DNA of 64,000 nt. Origin: Laetmonice hystrix (taxonomy: Eukaryota). Location: NCBI GenBank assembly GCA_965235115.1, contig OZ249447.1, positions 22,134,001-22,198,000 on the forward strand. The letters run 5' to 3'. How positions within the stretch are numbered: position 1 is the stretch's first letter; each line of letters begins with the position of its first letter. Positions 51,159-62,639 of this stretch are shown in pieces. The translations under genes were made by a program, and so were the position numbers. Under the pieces are notes generated by a model. That model saw only the letters and a program-made list of their open reading frames with translations, was not told the DNA's origin and did no database searches.

Positions 51159-51170
51159 GCCCCCTGGTGG
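51159..51170 (-). promoter_or_regulatory. CTCF core motif CCACCAGGGGGC
   Basis: Plus strand GCCCCCTGGTGG; perfect match to the core. Confidence 0.45.
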
Positions 51171-51750
51171 TCAGTGCGCACACTGATAGTGACGTCCTCT
51201 CCCTCGACTCTCAGTGAATCATAATTCATGAGCTTGTCACACTTCTTGCGTAGATTAATGCTATTGATAAGTAATTGATATTTGCTGGTTTTCATTACGG
51301 CTCGAGCCTTATCAGGATACGAGGATAATGAGACACCTTCTGCATGAAGGCCTTCTACAGCTCAACCCGGGGCTTCCTCAATCTGATCCCACTGGATGTG
51401 TTGAGATATCCTTTTCAACAACTCGGTCGTTTTAGTTGACACCAATCAGTGATATCAATTAAAGGTCATGCGAATATCATGGCAGCATTTCATTTAGGTC
51501 TCCATGCATGTAAGTGTTGTGGCGTGATAAAGGTCTGTTAGGTTAGTTAAATTGAAGTTTTTCGTGGGCCAAATATTGACAGATCCATGCTAAACGGAAT
51601 CGACAAACTACATTTAGGTTACATCAGCTGTTTACACTGATGCTGTTTGAAGAGCAGATACTCGTTATTTTAAAACTACTACTGCTTAAAATTGAAATGT
51701 TTATTGACATTAAGTTAATGCTAATTGCCTCCATTTTTTTTCTGTTACAG

Positions 51751-51795
51751 GTAAGAACAAGCTCTCCGTATATCCGAACTATAAAAGGTCGATTG
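51751..51795 (+). CDS. Candidate 45-nt symmetric internal exon (phase 1-1 GKNKLSVYPNYKRSI, or phase 0-0 VRTSSPYIRTIKGRL); may be an RS-exon
   Basis: Branch-point-like CTAAT (51721), tract ccattttttttctgttacAG, and donor TTG|gtaagt at 51795/51796. The best pair of splice sites I found in the window. No homology recognised. Confidence 0.5.
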
Positions 51796-51829
51796 GTAAG
51801 TCACTTATAATATAATATCATTAGGAGTA

Positions 51830-52097
51830 GGGTAGGTGGGTATTTGGGGGTTTACGCCTTGCAACAGCCAGGGTCATATCACGGCGGTGAAGATGAGATG
51901 AAAGTCAGTTTTTCTTGGTGGAGGAAACCGGAGTACCCGGAGAAAACCACCGACCTTCGGGAAGGAACTGACTGACAAACCTTTCACACATGCAGCCCAG
52001 GCCGGGAATCGAACCCGGGTCGCAGCGGTGTGAGGCGATGGTCCTAGGTGTCATGATGGAGCCGACACCTTAGACCACTCGGCCACCCGAGGCCCCC
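51830..52097 (-). mobile_element. Full-length tRNA-derived SINE, 268 bp, V-SINE-like central domain, 12-bp TSD
   Basis: The minus strand has A box TGGCCGAGTGG, B box GGTTCGATTCC and central GGTGGTTTTCTCCGGGTACTCCGGTTTCCTCCACC, which resembles the V domain from memory. TCATTAGGAGTA is duplicated at 51818-51829 and 52098-52109. Confidence 0.92.
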
Positions 52098-52398
52098 TCA
52101 TTAGGAGTAAGTTTGGCAGTGTTTAGGGACGGGAAGGGTTAGTATGAGGAGATAGGTGTCAGGTTATGTTTGATGAGTTCAGATGATGAAGACCCGTGCC
52201 ATGTGGAATTTTAACGGGCCCACCTGACACCCCAGGCTGGCGGAGTGTTGGGGGGGGGGGGGGGGGCTGGGACAACCCCGCGCGCCAGCATTGCAGACAT
52301 TGGTGCCATGCCTACATCTTTTGAAGTCGTTGAGAGTGACACTTGTTGGTGCCAAGGTTGATCCGGGGATCCTGTGAAGTGACTCGGGTCAGAGAGTC

Positions 52399-52812
52399 GA
52401 TAAATCAGTCGATTAAACAGGTGTGGCCTCCAGGACTGGACCGATGATCTGTCCGGACTCAGGGCAGTCGTCCGGACGTATGGATAAATCAGTCGATTAA
52501 ACAGGTGTGGCCTCCAGGACTGGACCGATGATCTGTCCGGACTCAGGGCAGTCGTGGCCTCCAGAACTGGACCGATGATCTGTCCGGTCTCAGGGCAGTC
52601 GTGGCCTCCAGGACTGGACCGATGATCTGTCCGGACCCAGGGCAGTCGTGGCCTCCAGGACTGGACCGATGATCTGTCCGGACTCAGGGCAGTCGTACGG
52701 TAATCACTGGCAGTGGTGTGATTAAACAGGTGTGGCCTCCAGGACTGGACCGATGATCTGTCCGGACTCAGGGCAGTCGTCTGGACGTACGGTAATCACT
52801 GGCAGTGGTGTG
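52399..52812 (+). repeat. Composite tandem repeat: 6 copies of a 47-bp core plus duplicated linkers
   Basis: GTGGCCTCCAGGACTGGACCGATGATCTGTCCGGACTCAGGGCAGTC recurs (e.g. 52507, 52554, 52601, 52648). Confidence 0.93.
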
Positions 52813-53981
52813 AGGGTAGTCTACCCCAGTAGATATGGGGAGATCTAGATGGCCTTGTGTGGGGATGGGGAGGAGAGAAGACAAATATCGTTTTCTAAAT
52901 GTTTGTTGTCACCCCTGGATGTCAGCCATGTGCCCCCGTATAGCTCTGTCTGAAACTAGGATACACCCCTTATCCACACTGCTTCCCATGAGCCTCTTGG
53001 GAAGGAGTTTGCCCTTTATCATGTCCTCATAAAATTAAGTTTGGCTGACATCATTTGGAATTTTGCTGTGATAGAAATTAGCTTGGATAAATGAAGAAGT
53101 GAAGGATTGGGTTTGAATTTGTGCGTAATACAAGATTTATAATTGTGGAGGGGCTCTATTACATTTCATAGTGGCCTGAAGGATGAGTGTCCCTCTTCGC
53201 CTCCACTTTATCAAATCTGTGATGGATATTTTAATTGTCTCCCCCACATACACTGACAGTTGGAGAGGGACGTCGATAAGACTGGGATGTGTAATTAATA
53301 TGGCTGTCGGTCCGCACAGTACAATTTTGCACCCGTTGCACCAGACATGTCTTATCCCACTGGAGGTGGCCAGCTGCACGAGGTGCCTGTATGGCGACCT
53401 TTCCATGACCCCTGCTGACCTCAGCTCCCGTTCCCTGGCCCTGTGTGCAGCCAGTACAAGGCTTGTATCTGTAAGGTGACACCCGGATAGTGCTAGCTCG
53501 GGGCCCCGTATCGGAGTGGCGGGGTCCCATGCTGAGCGACGTATATGAGATCAATAAAGGAGAGGAATTCTGTGGATTCCTCCACGTGGGGATAGAACCA
53601 GAATCTATCGACGGGACGGAGGCAGCCAGGCCGGCTCCGGGCAGCCAGGCAGGCTCCGGGCAGCCAGAAACCAATCCGACTGGCCACTCCAGGGTCCCTG
53701 CCTCCAGTGGTCAGTGTGGGTACGGGAGGTAGGGGTGCCTACCTGTGGAGATGGTGGCTGGAGCAGGCCGATAAGGTGGCAGGTTAATTACCAGAAAGAG
53801 TGAGGCTTAATGTGGACTCATGATGAACGGTTATGGTGGGTGGTAAGAGGACGGCTGGCCAACTTTGATGATCTTGGCCTGCTGTGTGCTGCCGGGCGGC
53901 CACTTTGATCTCGGCTAGATCTGAGCAGGTCTCCCGTCGTCCTGCACGTATCAGGTGTGGAGGTTTATTAGTGACGAGTGG

Positions 53982-54588
53982 ACATTGGGTCTGTCAGGGT
54001 GCAGACTGTACATTAACTGAACGTCAGGGCCGTTAGGATGATGAGCAGGCATTATAAAAACATTGGGTCTGTCAGGGTGCAGACTGTACATTAACTAAAC
54101 GTCAGGGCCGTTAGGATGATGAGCAGGCATTATAAAAACATTGGGTCTGTCAGGGTGCAGACTGTACATTAGCTGAACGTCAGGGCCGTTAGAATGATGA
54201 GCAGGCATTATAAGAACATTGGGCCTGTCAGGGTGCAGACTGTACATTAGCTGAACGTCAGGGCCGTTAGAATGATGAGCAGGCATTATAAGAACATTGG
54301 GCCTGTCAGGGTGCAGACTGTACATTAACTGGACGTCAGGGTAGTTAGGATGATGAGCAGGAACATTGGGTCTGTCAGGGGGCAGACTTTACATTAACTG
54401 AACGTCAGGGCCGTTAGGATGATGAGCAGGCATTATAAGAACATTGGGTCTGTCAGGGTGCAGACTGTACATTAACTGAACGTCAGGGCCGTTAGGATGA
54501 TGAGCAGGCATTATAAGAACATTGGGTCTGTCATGTCTCAACTTCATACATTATAAGAACATTGGGTCTGTCATGTCTCAATTTCATA
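53982..54588 (+). repeat. Minisatellite, ~7 units of 78 bp
   Basis: ACATTGGGTCTGTCAGGGTGCAGACTGTACATTAACTGAACGTCAGGGCCGTTAGGATGATGAGCAGGCATTATAAGA repeats at 78-nt spacing. Confidence 0.95.
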
Positions 54589-55778
54589 GTTTGTAAGGGC
54601 GAAGATCAATCACTGCTGATTGCCAGGTGTACGGGGATGAGGATGATGACCAGTTATTTTATAACATTAACGTTAGCTAGGGTACGTTATGATGAGGAGC
54701 AGTCATCATGAGAACATGAGGGTTGTTGTTGTATGATGATGGGGAGAAAATGAGGAGTGATGTATGATGAGAAGTCATCATGATGTATATTAAGGTAAGA
54801 GACATTACCTGAACCACTGGAGTGACAGGTATGTCAAGTTGTGTATCTTTATAATAAAAACACTTGCACCTATTTTGTACCCGTACATCACCAGTGTATA
54901 CACCCCACGTGTTTCACGTGCCGAGGTTATGACGAATTAAATCTGGCAGAGTGATGTTTAGCGGGGTGTTTGTGAACTGGGATCAGGGTAAGAATTCCGT
55001 CAGAGACCAAAGAGTGAGCGATGCTGGAGGGCGTGTCGCGCTCGGCGGTGATGAAGGCGATCTCTGGCAAACATTGCGAGCGGCCTCGTCATTACACAGC
55101 TAAACATCATCCATCATTAGTTCTGTCAGTCCTTCACTGTGGCCCCACCAGACGCTTGAAATCTCGCCCCACCTCAGCCAACCGCAAACTGTATTCATCG
55201 GCACATGTGTTCACATTATATCCTCGTTCAGATGGGTAGAAAACACAGGCGTCATCGTCCTCCTGGTGGGACTGGCTGAGAACAGTGCTGTATTGGGTAA
55301 TAATGATAGGTAAATGGAATCATTTTGGCTACTGAGGCATGAGGGGCCGGGCGAGTGGTTGTAGACCTGATTTGTTCGGGCTTACAATTGATTGGGTTTG
55401 GACCGAGTGGAGGTCCAACAGAGGATTGGCGTAATGTGTTTGTATTGTAACGTATCGGGGTGGGATATATGGTACAAACAGGGACCTGGATGGGCAGGTC
55501 CCGTCATGGCATCCTCCGAATAACCATCGGCAAATATAACCCGGCTCTCAAGGGGTTCTCAGGGACTCAGCGGTCGGAGGCCTGATGGTCGGAGGCCTGG
55601 TTGCCGGAGGGTTCAATGTCTGAGGCCCTATGGTAGGAGGCAGAGTTTGAGGCTCAGTGGAACCTGATGACGAAACCTACAGGAAGGTCATAAAGTGGTA
55701 GGTTCAGTAAACGGTAGTTGAAAGACAGGAATAGGCAATGTTAACGTCATGTAATGTGGTTGTTGAGAGATTGACCAC

Positions 55779-56112
55779 AGTTTATGTGGATGTGTTGGTG
55801 GTGAATCGACCACATGTAAACCTACCGTCCCTCTATACCTGGACGACCGAGTGATGTATTCAGTCTAGCAGTCGGAAGGTGGTCCCTACACTGTGTTGGT
55901 GGTGAATCGACCACATGTAAACCTACCGTCCCTCTATACCTGGACGACCGAGTGATGTATTCAGTCTACCAGTCGGAAGGTGGTCCCTACACTTCTAGTT
56001 TATGTGGATGTGTTGGTGGTGAATCGACCACATGTAAACCTACCGTCCCTCTATACCTGGACGACCGAGTGATGTATTCAGTCTACCAGTCGGAAGGTGG
56101 TCCCTACACTTC
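55779..56112 (+). repeat. Three tandem copies of a ~101-bp unit
   Basis: GTGTTGGTGGTGAATCGACC at 55792, 55893 and 56010. Confidence 0.93.
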
Positions 56113-58740
56113 ATCTCCCATCAGGGTATCCATCTCAAAATATATTTTTCTTTCCCTCTACTTCCACGACGTTTATAATCCCAGGCGTATCGGCGGCCAT
56201 TTCCTGGAATGAACACCAATTTGGCATGGTTTCCCCAGTCATTGCATGTTTCATTTCGGCTCAGACTGGGATCCGCACTGCCAGACTCCCGCGCCCCGTC
56301 ACAGGCACTCGGCGGGACTGGATGCGCGCACTTTTTCTTTATCTTCATCCTCTCCTTAGGGAGAAATGAGATATCCTTCTTGATTTCTTGGCCAAATTGA
56401 TTCAGTTAGCATGGGGCCGGCTACTGGTCTCCATCACAGCACACCAAGCATTTTTCTCAATTCCCACCGTTTCTCCTGGGGATACGGCCATCTTTCTTTA
56501 TAATATGGGCGGATTGATTCAGTGTCGGCGTCAGGGTAGACCGGGCTGGGAGCTTACAGAAGTACCGGATCCTTGGGGGTCACCGCCCCGCATTGTGTGC
56601 AGACGGGCTGGAGACGGCGACAGGGTGAGTGTCCTAAAGCATAGACAACAGGGGATAGCGTGGCCACGTGTCTCTCGGGGTTCCTAATGTGTCCTAAAAA
56701 ACGAAGAAAGAGGAGGTACTTTTATGTTTAACATTAGGTCACCACCCCGCTATGTAGCGGTGCTCGGGGCTACCTCAGGAGAGCAAATGTCAACTTTGCC
56801 TTGTTCTGATGTCCGTTAGTCCCGCGGGGCAGCAGGATCAATTATATCACGTCTTCTCCAGGGTGGCTGCCTGGAGCTGTTGTCAGTCTCCGCGACCCCC
56901 CGGGGAGTAGTGGAGCCGGGCCCACGGGGGGCGGGGCTCGGGATGGGACGACGGGTCCCGAGGCAGGTAGATCGGTGATTGTGTTTGATCAGCTCCTGCT
57001 GTCAGACTGACTGGGTCACATCAACGCTCCCCCGCGGTCACTTAAAACGGAATGGTAAATGAGAAGGACTTGCTTGGACCTTCAGTCTGCATGGAGTTGT
57101 CCTATCGCTTTATATTATACATGAAGTATGGACAGCGACAGCCACACGAGTTCACTTCAAACGATGACAACCCTCCTTCACGGAGCACAAAATGGTTAGT
57201 AATTGGGGCCAGGATAATTATTAGAACAGCGAAAAAAAGTGTCGCTAAAATACCGTTAATTGCAATGTAAAGGCGACTATAGTAATATCGGATCTTGTTA
57301 GCAACACATTCTGAAACTTTCCATAGCTATGACGATGCATTTTGTATCTGAGGTTTTGTTAATGTCAAAGCAAACTGCTAACATTCGTGTCACATACCAG
57401 GCTCATGAGTTCTGAGGCTGAAGTAGTTCATCATTCGGCCGCCAGGTGACAGCCAATCAGAGGGTGTCGCATCGACCGATCTCCCCGGCAACACCTTGAT
57501 CCCATGTCTATCCCACCTTGATCCCAACTGATCCCACCTCTCCACAGCGCCTGATGGACGGAGGTACAGGAATATCACTGGTCAGTCAGTTGTACCGACG
57601 ACCTCCGATAGGGGGCGGTGGCGGTCACTGATTCAGCCGCCCACGTTTCGAACCCTTCCCCTTCCGACTGTAAGGCCATCATGACCCGTCTAAATATCGA
57701 AGGCCAAGGATCAAATGCAAATAAATAAAAACAGTTAGTTGTGACTTTGTGTTCCGACCGTATTGGCCAGCGTCGAGCAGCCTCATGCCGAGCCCAGTGG
57801 GAGCTGTTTTGACCATTGGAAGGCCCGCCACTATTTTATCATTAGTGTAGACTTGAAGCTGACTCAACATGAGAGTATCATGCTTTCAGTGTTTGAAGAG
57901 ATTTCTACTACAGATTTATGCAAGCTTCGCATGTCATCGAATTCTACACCTTGGGCTCCGCAGCACCAGCAAAAGGCAGGATTTAAAGACGGTGCTAGAA
58001 AGCAGCTTTGGCAGTTTGAGGCCAGTGTTAAACTTAAGCTTAGTTTATTTCATACAGTCACACTAAACGCTCATTGAGATCAAATAGATTGGATCGTTTC
58101 GAAATGTAAATCCTAAGCTCCGTTGTCAACTGTTTTCTGTACCGTAAGGATGAGAATGTTTGATGACACTTATTGTAGGGTCTACGGACTCGTTGGTCTG
58201 ACCCAGCAGTCATACAGTGCCTTCAGATAACAGGGTCATTCTCATTATCTGACCCCCTGACCCACTATCCGTCACAAGGAGGCCCAAGGCCACGTCTGCT
58301 GACCTCTGGTCACCTTGACCCTGTTAGAGGTCGTGTCCGGAGGACGGGAAGCGGCTTGACAAGGTCACTCACACCTTGACCGCAGAGCAGACCGCCATGA
58401 TAAACTCTTCACACCACCCCCGTGAGGTTCATGGGAAAGTTCACTCACCGATTTTAAATCAATTAATCTTCATCAGTATCGTCACTGTCTTCATTTTAAA
58501 GACAATCAGTGACATTTCTTTTCTTGTAAGATCATGTCCTATTAAGAAGACGTAGACGGCGAAAGATGTCGACTGCACCCCAAGTTCATGTGCAATCAAA
58601 ATGATGTTTTATGAAGTATTCATGAAAGACAACATTTCTGATATTTCCAGAGATAAAAACGTCTCATTAAGAACATGCTCACACGAGTGGATTCAAGAGT
58701 CCCTGCCCAACTACGCAGGCACTTGTAAACGACATTTGTG

Positions 58741-58833
58741 TACGTTAGAAATATGCCTCATGTTTTAAACTATACGTTAGAAATATGCCTCATGTTGTAA
58801 ACTATACGTTAGAAGTATGCCTCATGTTGTAAA
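58741..58833 (+). repeat. Three tandem copies of a 32-bp unit
   Basis: TACGTTAGAA at 58741, 58773 and 58805. Confidence 0.92.
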
Positions 58834-60371
58834 GCAGGAATTATTATGAAGCCCACTCCGCCATGAAGGCACACTGTATCGGTACCCAAGGTAGCCGTTG
58901 GATTGATAGCTCGTCTCTCAGCCCACCTGTTCTCACAGTGGCCCTAATTTTAGGGGTGAGGTCCGAGGTTATGAGGTGCAGTGTACCGTACAGTTCGGGT
59001 GGCGCACTCTGGTGAGAAGAAACACATTGAGACCCTGTCTCGCCTGTCTTTTACAAGTTTACAATGTCACAAGCGAAAACCTTGCCATGGAAGTCATGAG
59101 TTTTGATTGTAAATCAAAGTAATTACTATCAATGAACTGCAAGGAAAGACATGTATTTCTCCAGTTGATGATATTGCAGGAGATTCCACAGTGTTAGTGG
59201 GTTCGTTTATATCCCCACACAGGCACGGACAAGGACCCCAGCTTTCTATCTCAACAAGCCAAACCCTCCTCTGGCACATCTATAGTACAGGACCCTTCTC
59301 CACCAGGGGGGCCTCACAAGTGGGTCACTTCCAGGTCTCTCGGCCCGATAGTATATAGCCATGGCGGGCTCCCGTTGTCCAGAAGCCTCACAATTAATTA
59401 TATCTTCCTACCGAGGTGCTTGTAGTTATTTTCTGAGGGCGGCTTCTAATGCAGGAGGAACAGGAATTGGTATTACATTGGTGATTGTGTTGGTCGTTAG
59501 AGGGCATACTGTGAGGGACGAGAGGGCTTTGGTTGGTGGCTGGCTCTTATTGAGAGTGGGGATGTTGAGAAGTGTAAGCTTGGTAGGATTGGGTCCACAG
59601 CAACTTGTAGTAATTGGCAAAATACCCGGCCAGACTGAATCCCCACAATCGCTCATCCGAAAATAAGGGCTCCATTTGAAGGATCTGTTCCCACAACTAC
59701 AGTCGTAAAACCATCCCAACTGACCACTCGATAGTAGAAGAACCGAGGGGCCAACCAATTAACACTTCTGGTTTGAATCTCCATATTGATCCATTGAGAG
59801 ATATACCATGAATTGACTTCAGTAGTTTGACTGACCCAGGGCGTTCACAAACTGGCCATACGTATGCATTATAAACTTGAATGTAGACACATTCACATAT
59901 AGCTTGGTAATAGAGTCTCCCGGTTTCTCTGCGTGTCTCGATGTTAAACTACTGATATTTACATAGGTCAGATCTTTCAATATATACACGTGTACATCTG
60001 TTTATTTGTCTGCCACATCACAGGTTATGGTGTAGACCGGGGATGGCTAGGATGAGGGAGCGCAGCGGTTGCTGCTTTCTGTTATAACAAAAACTGGTAG
60101 TCGATGGTTGTACTGTAAACTGATGGCAGCAGCGTCTTTGTGGACTGAAAACGACAGAATCATTGCGCCATGTGTGAGCGTTTGTCAGGCCTCTGTTGCC
60201 CCCAGTTAACTCCCGGGAGGAGGCCTCCTCCAGGTAATATGCCTAGAAGGGTGTGGCTAGCAAGGGCTGGATGTGGTTTGTAAGCCTAGTTACTGGAGGA
60301 GGTTGGAGAAAGATGAATGGTGAGCGGGTTGAAGTTGCGCCTTGGTGGCCGCCGTGGTATCGGTTATTACG

Positions 60372-60385
60372 CCACCAGGGGGCGC
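60372..60385 (+). promoter_or_regulatory. CTCF motif CCACCAGGGGGCGC
   Basis: Exact match to the canonical consensus. Confidence 0.5.
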
Positions 60386-62639
60386 GGCCCGGCCCAGCCC
60401 AGGGACCTCAGCACTGCCATAGAGAAGGTCAGAGGTCAGAGTGGCCCTTTCACAGCAGTACCTTTTATTTACCCATAGCCTCTACAATTGCTCATACATC
60501 TGCATGCAATGGTAGCCGAGGAAAACGTGTCCAAAGTTGGAGCGGCGCCCGATCGTCTGTTTAAAGTGGGTTTATTTAGCCGAATCAATGTCTTATGGAT
60601 GTTTTGACGCCCACCAGCAATCTAGGGTTTCGCATTGTTCGACGTTGATCATGGATATTTGACCAAGAATCGATTACCTATTCGATACGAAAGGGCCTGT
60701 TGCATGTTCGGTGTAGGCATGACCTAGAAGATGAAATTGCAAGAGCTTTGGTTAATGTGTATCAGCTCTTTGCCTGGCGACACTTTCAGGCTCATGTGGC
60801 TATTGGACTGGCATTCACTTTTGGCCCAAGTGTAATTTCGCCAGGACATGACTTTGTTAGCCGTCGGGCTTGGCATTGTATGGACTGTAAGAACCCGAGG
60901 CTAAGCCTTGGGAAGCGAACGTCACTTCCAGCTTTGGCCTTTTGACAGTTATTCCAATGTTATTTCAGTTTTAAGTGCTCTTCAGGTTACCGGCTCACGT
61001 ACGAAAGATATCTGCAACACTTCCCTTGGGATTGCGCGGCCTCATTAGAAACGTGAGGCCCTGCCGTCAGTAACGGTGAATGGTTATGTCTTTTTTCCGT
61101 GTTGGCAGTTCTCAGTGCTGTTAATAGAGGTTGGTGTGATGGTAGTGGTGCCTGTACGGAGTGTTCAGTCCATTTACACATATCACACCAGACATGTTTG
61201 GCATATAGAGTCGACCAGGGAAGAGGTCGGGGCAAGGCGCGCACCTCATCTTTTCAACGCTCACCTCTCAAAGAGCATTACGTCAGCGCAGATCCGGGGC
61301 CGATATTTTTACAGACGATTTCAATATACCGTGCAACAGGATCGAAAATTGCAGAGGAGGTTGGCGTTTGCGGCAGGGCAAGGGAAGGCGGAGGGGAGAG
61401 GGTGTATGGGCGACACGAACCGCCATCAGATGTGCAGCTTATGACATTATCGGTCCCAGCCTCATCAGACGGGCCACTCTTGCAACTGGAACCCCCCTTT
61501 GCATGAGAGCCAACCATTTGTCTTCATTTGGTGCTGACGTTAAGAAGGAAGTGTGCATTTCAACCAAAAAATTCCCCCGTCCCATTTTCCTGCAATTAAA
61601 CAAGACAGTGGCAGTAGATTTGAAACAATTGGGCGTCATTTGGACTGACTTGTGTGACTGGAGGATTAGGTCCCTGTAGAACAAATTATGGGTCTCAATT
61701 CTCATGCGACACCATTGATTCTAAGGGCCTGATTGGCCTGATGTCTGGCATGTCACGAGAGCTTCTCCTTACTCGGAAACGGCGGTTTGTTTTCGTCCAC
61801 TGAATCTCGTGTTCACTCATACAACATAGCACAATAGAACCCTTTCTTAATACCTCTCATTATTTTGGAAAGTCATTGTCCGCAAAAAAGTCGTATTTGT
61901 AGGTATTTTCCTGCGATAATGGCAATTGTTTTTTAACATTGAATGATAGTGAAACAGTGGAAATAGATTCTCATAATTAGAAATATTTCCCCTTGAAGCA
62001 ATGCCTTGCAGACTTGTCATGGCTTCACCTGGTCACATAATGTACGACAGAAAGGTACAGTTGATGATGATGGGAGTAAAGAATTGGTTAATGACACATG
62101 TTGTTGCCATTTGACCAGGACGATATTTGAAATGGACTGGTCACTGATGGAGGTAGAAGTTCCGGCACTGGTCTGTCTGTTGGTTAATTAGACCGCTTAC
62201 CGACTGTCTTCGTTTTCTTGCCTCATTTCCGCTGAGGGTAACGTTTCCCTTAATGATCGGGCTCAACAGCTAGAAATAGTAACTGTTGTTAGCAATCACT
62301 TATTAGCAAAACGTCACTTGTATTGAGAACGCAAGCACAGTGAGTGAATGTCTGGAGAAATGTAGACAAAATATGGTGTGAAGGTTTGGATATCAGAGTG
62401 TAACTGAGGAAACAGCCCGAAATTGAAGTTGTGAGATATTTCCTGTTGACGAAGCTCACTCCAGAGATAGCTTATAACTGTCTGAGAGTGGTTTTCATGA
62501 CATTTCATTTCTATGAAAACAGCAGACAGAACGAACGATTTAACCTATTAATATCATAGATATTTTTGGAGGTCTGGCGTGTTTGTATTGACACGAGTTG
62601 AAAGAGTTTGTTGGAATAGTTCCGTTATCGATCCCATTT

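Noticed and set aside
53137-53732. Cluster of overlapping 80-147-aa ORFs on both strands with some splice-like sites
   Set aside because: GC-rich segment where long stop-free runs are expected; no consistent exon boundaries or recognisable domain.
53982-54545. Tandem C/D-box snoRNA array (each 78-bp unit has ATGATGA and a CTGA 61 nt apart)
   Set aside because: The terminal stem needed for a kink-turn does not pair canonically, no C'/D' boxes are evident, and I recognise no rRNA-complementary guide. These short motifs are expected by chance.
55664-55680. Hammerhead ribozyme core CTGATGA-C-GAAAC; also Penelope-like motifs at ~14630-14700 and ~49000-49040
   Set aside because: No room for stem II and no flanking stems; the other sites lack the CTGANGA/GAAA pair.
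59361-61705. Several 80-135-aa ORFs upstream of the gag-like ORF as possible parts of the element
   Set aside because: No RT, RNase H, recombinase or endonuclease motifs in any frame inspected.
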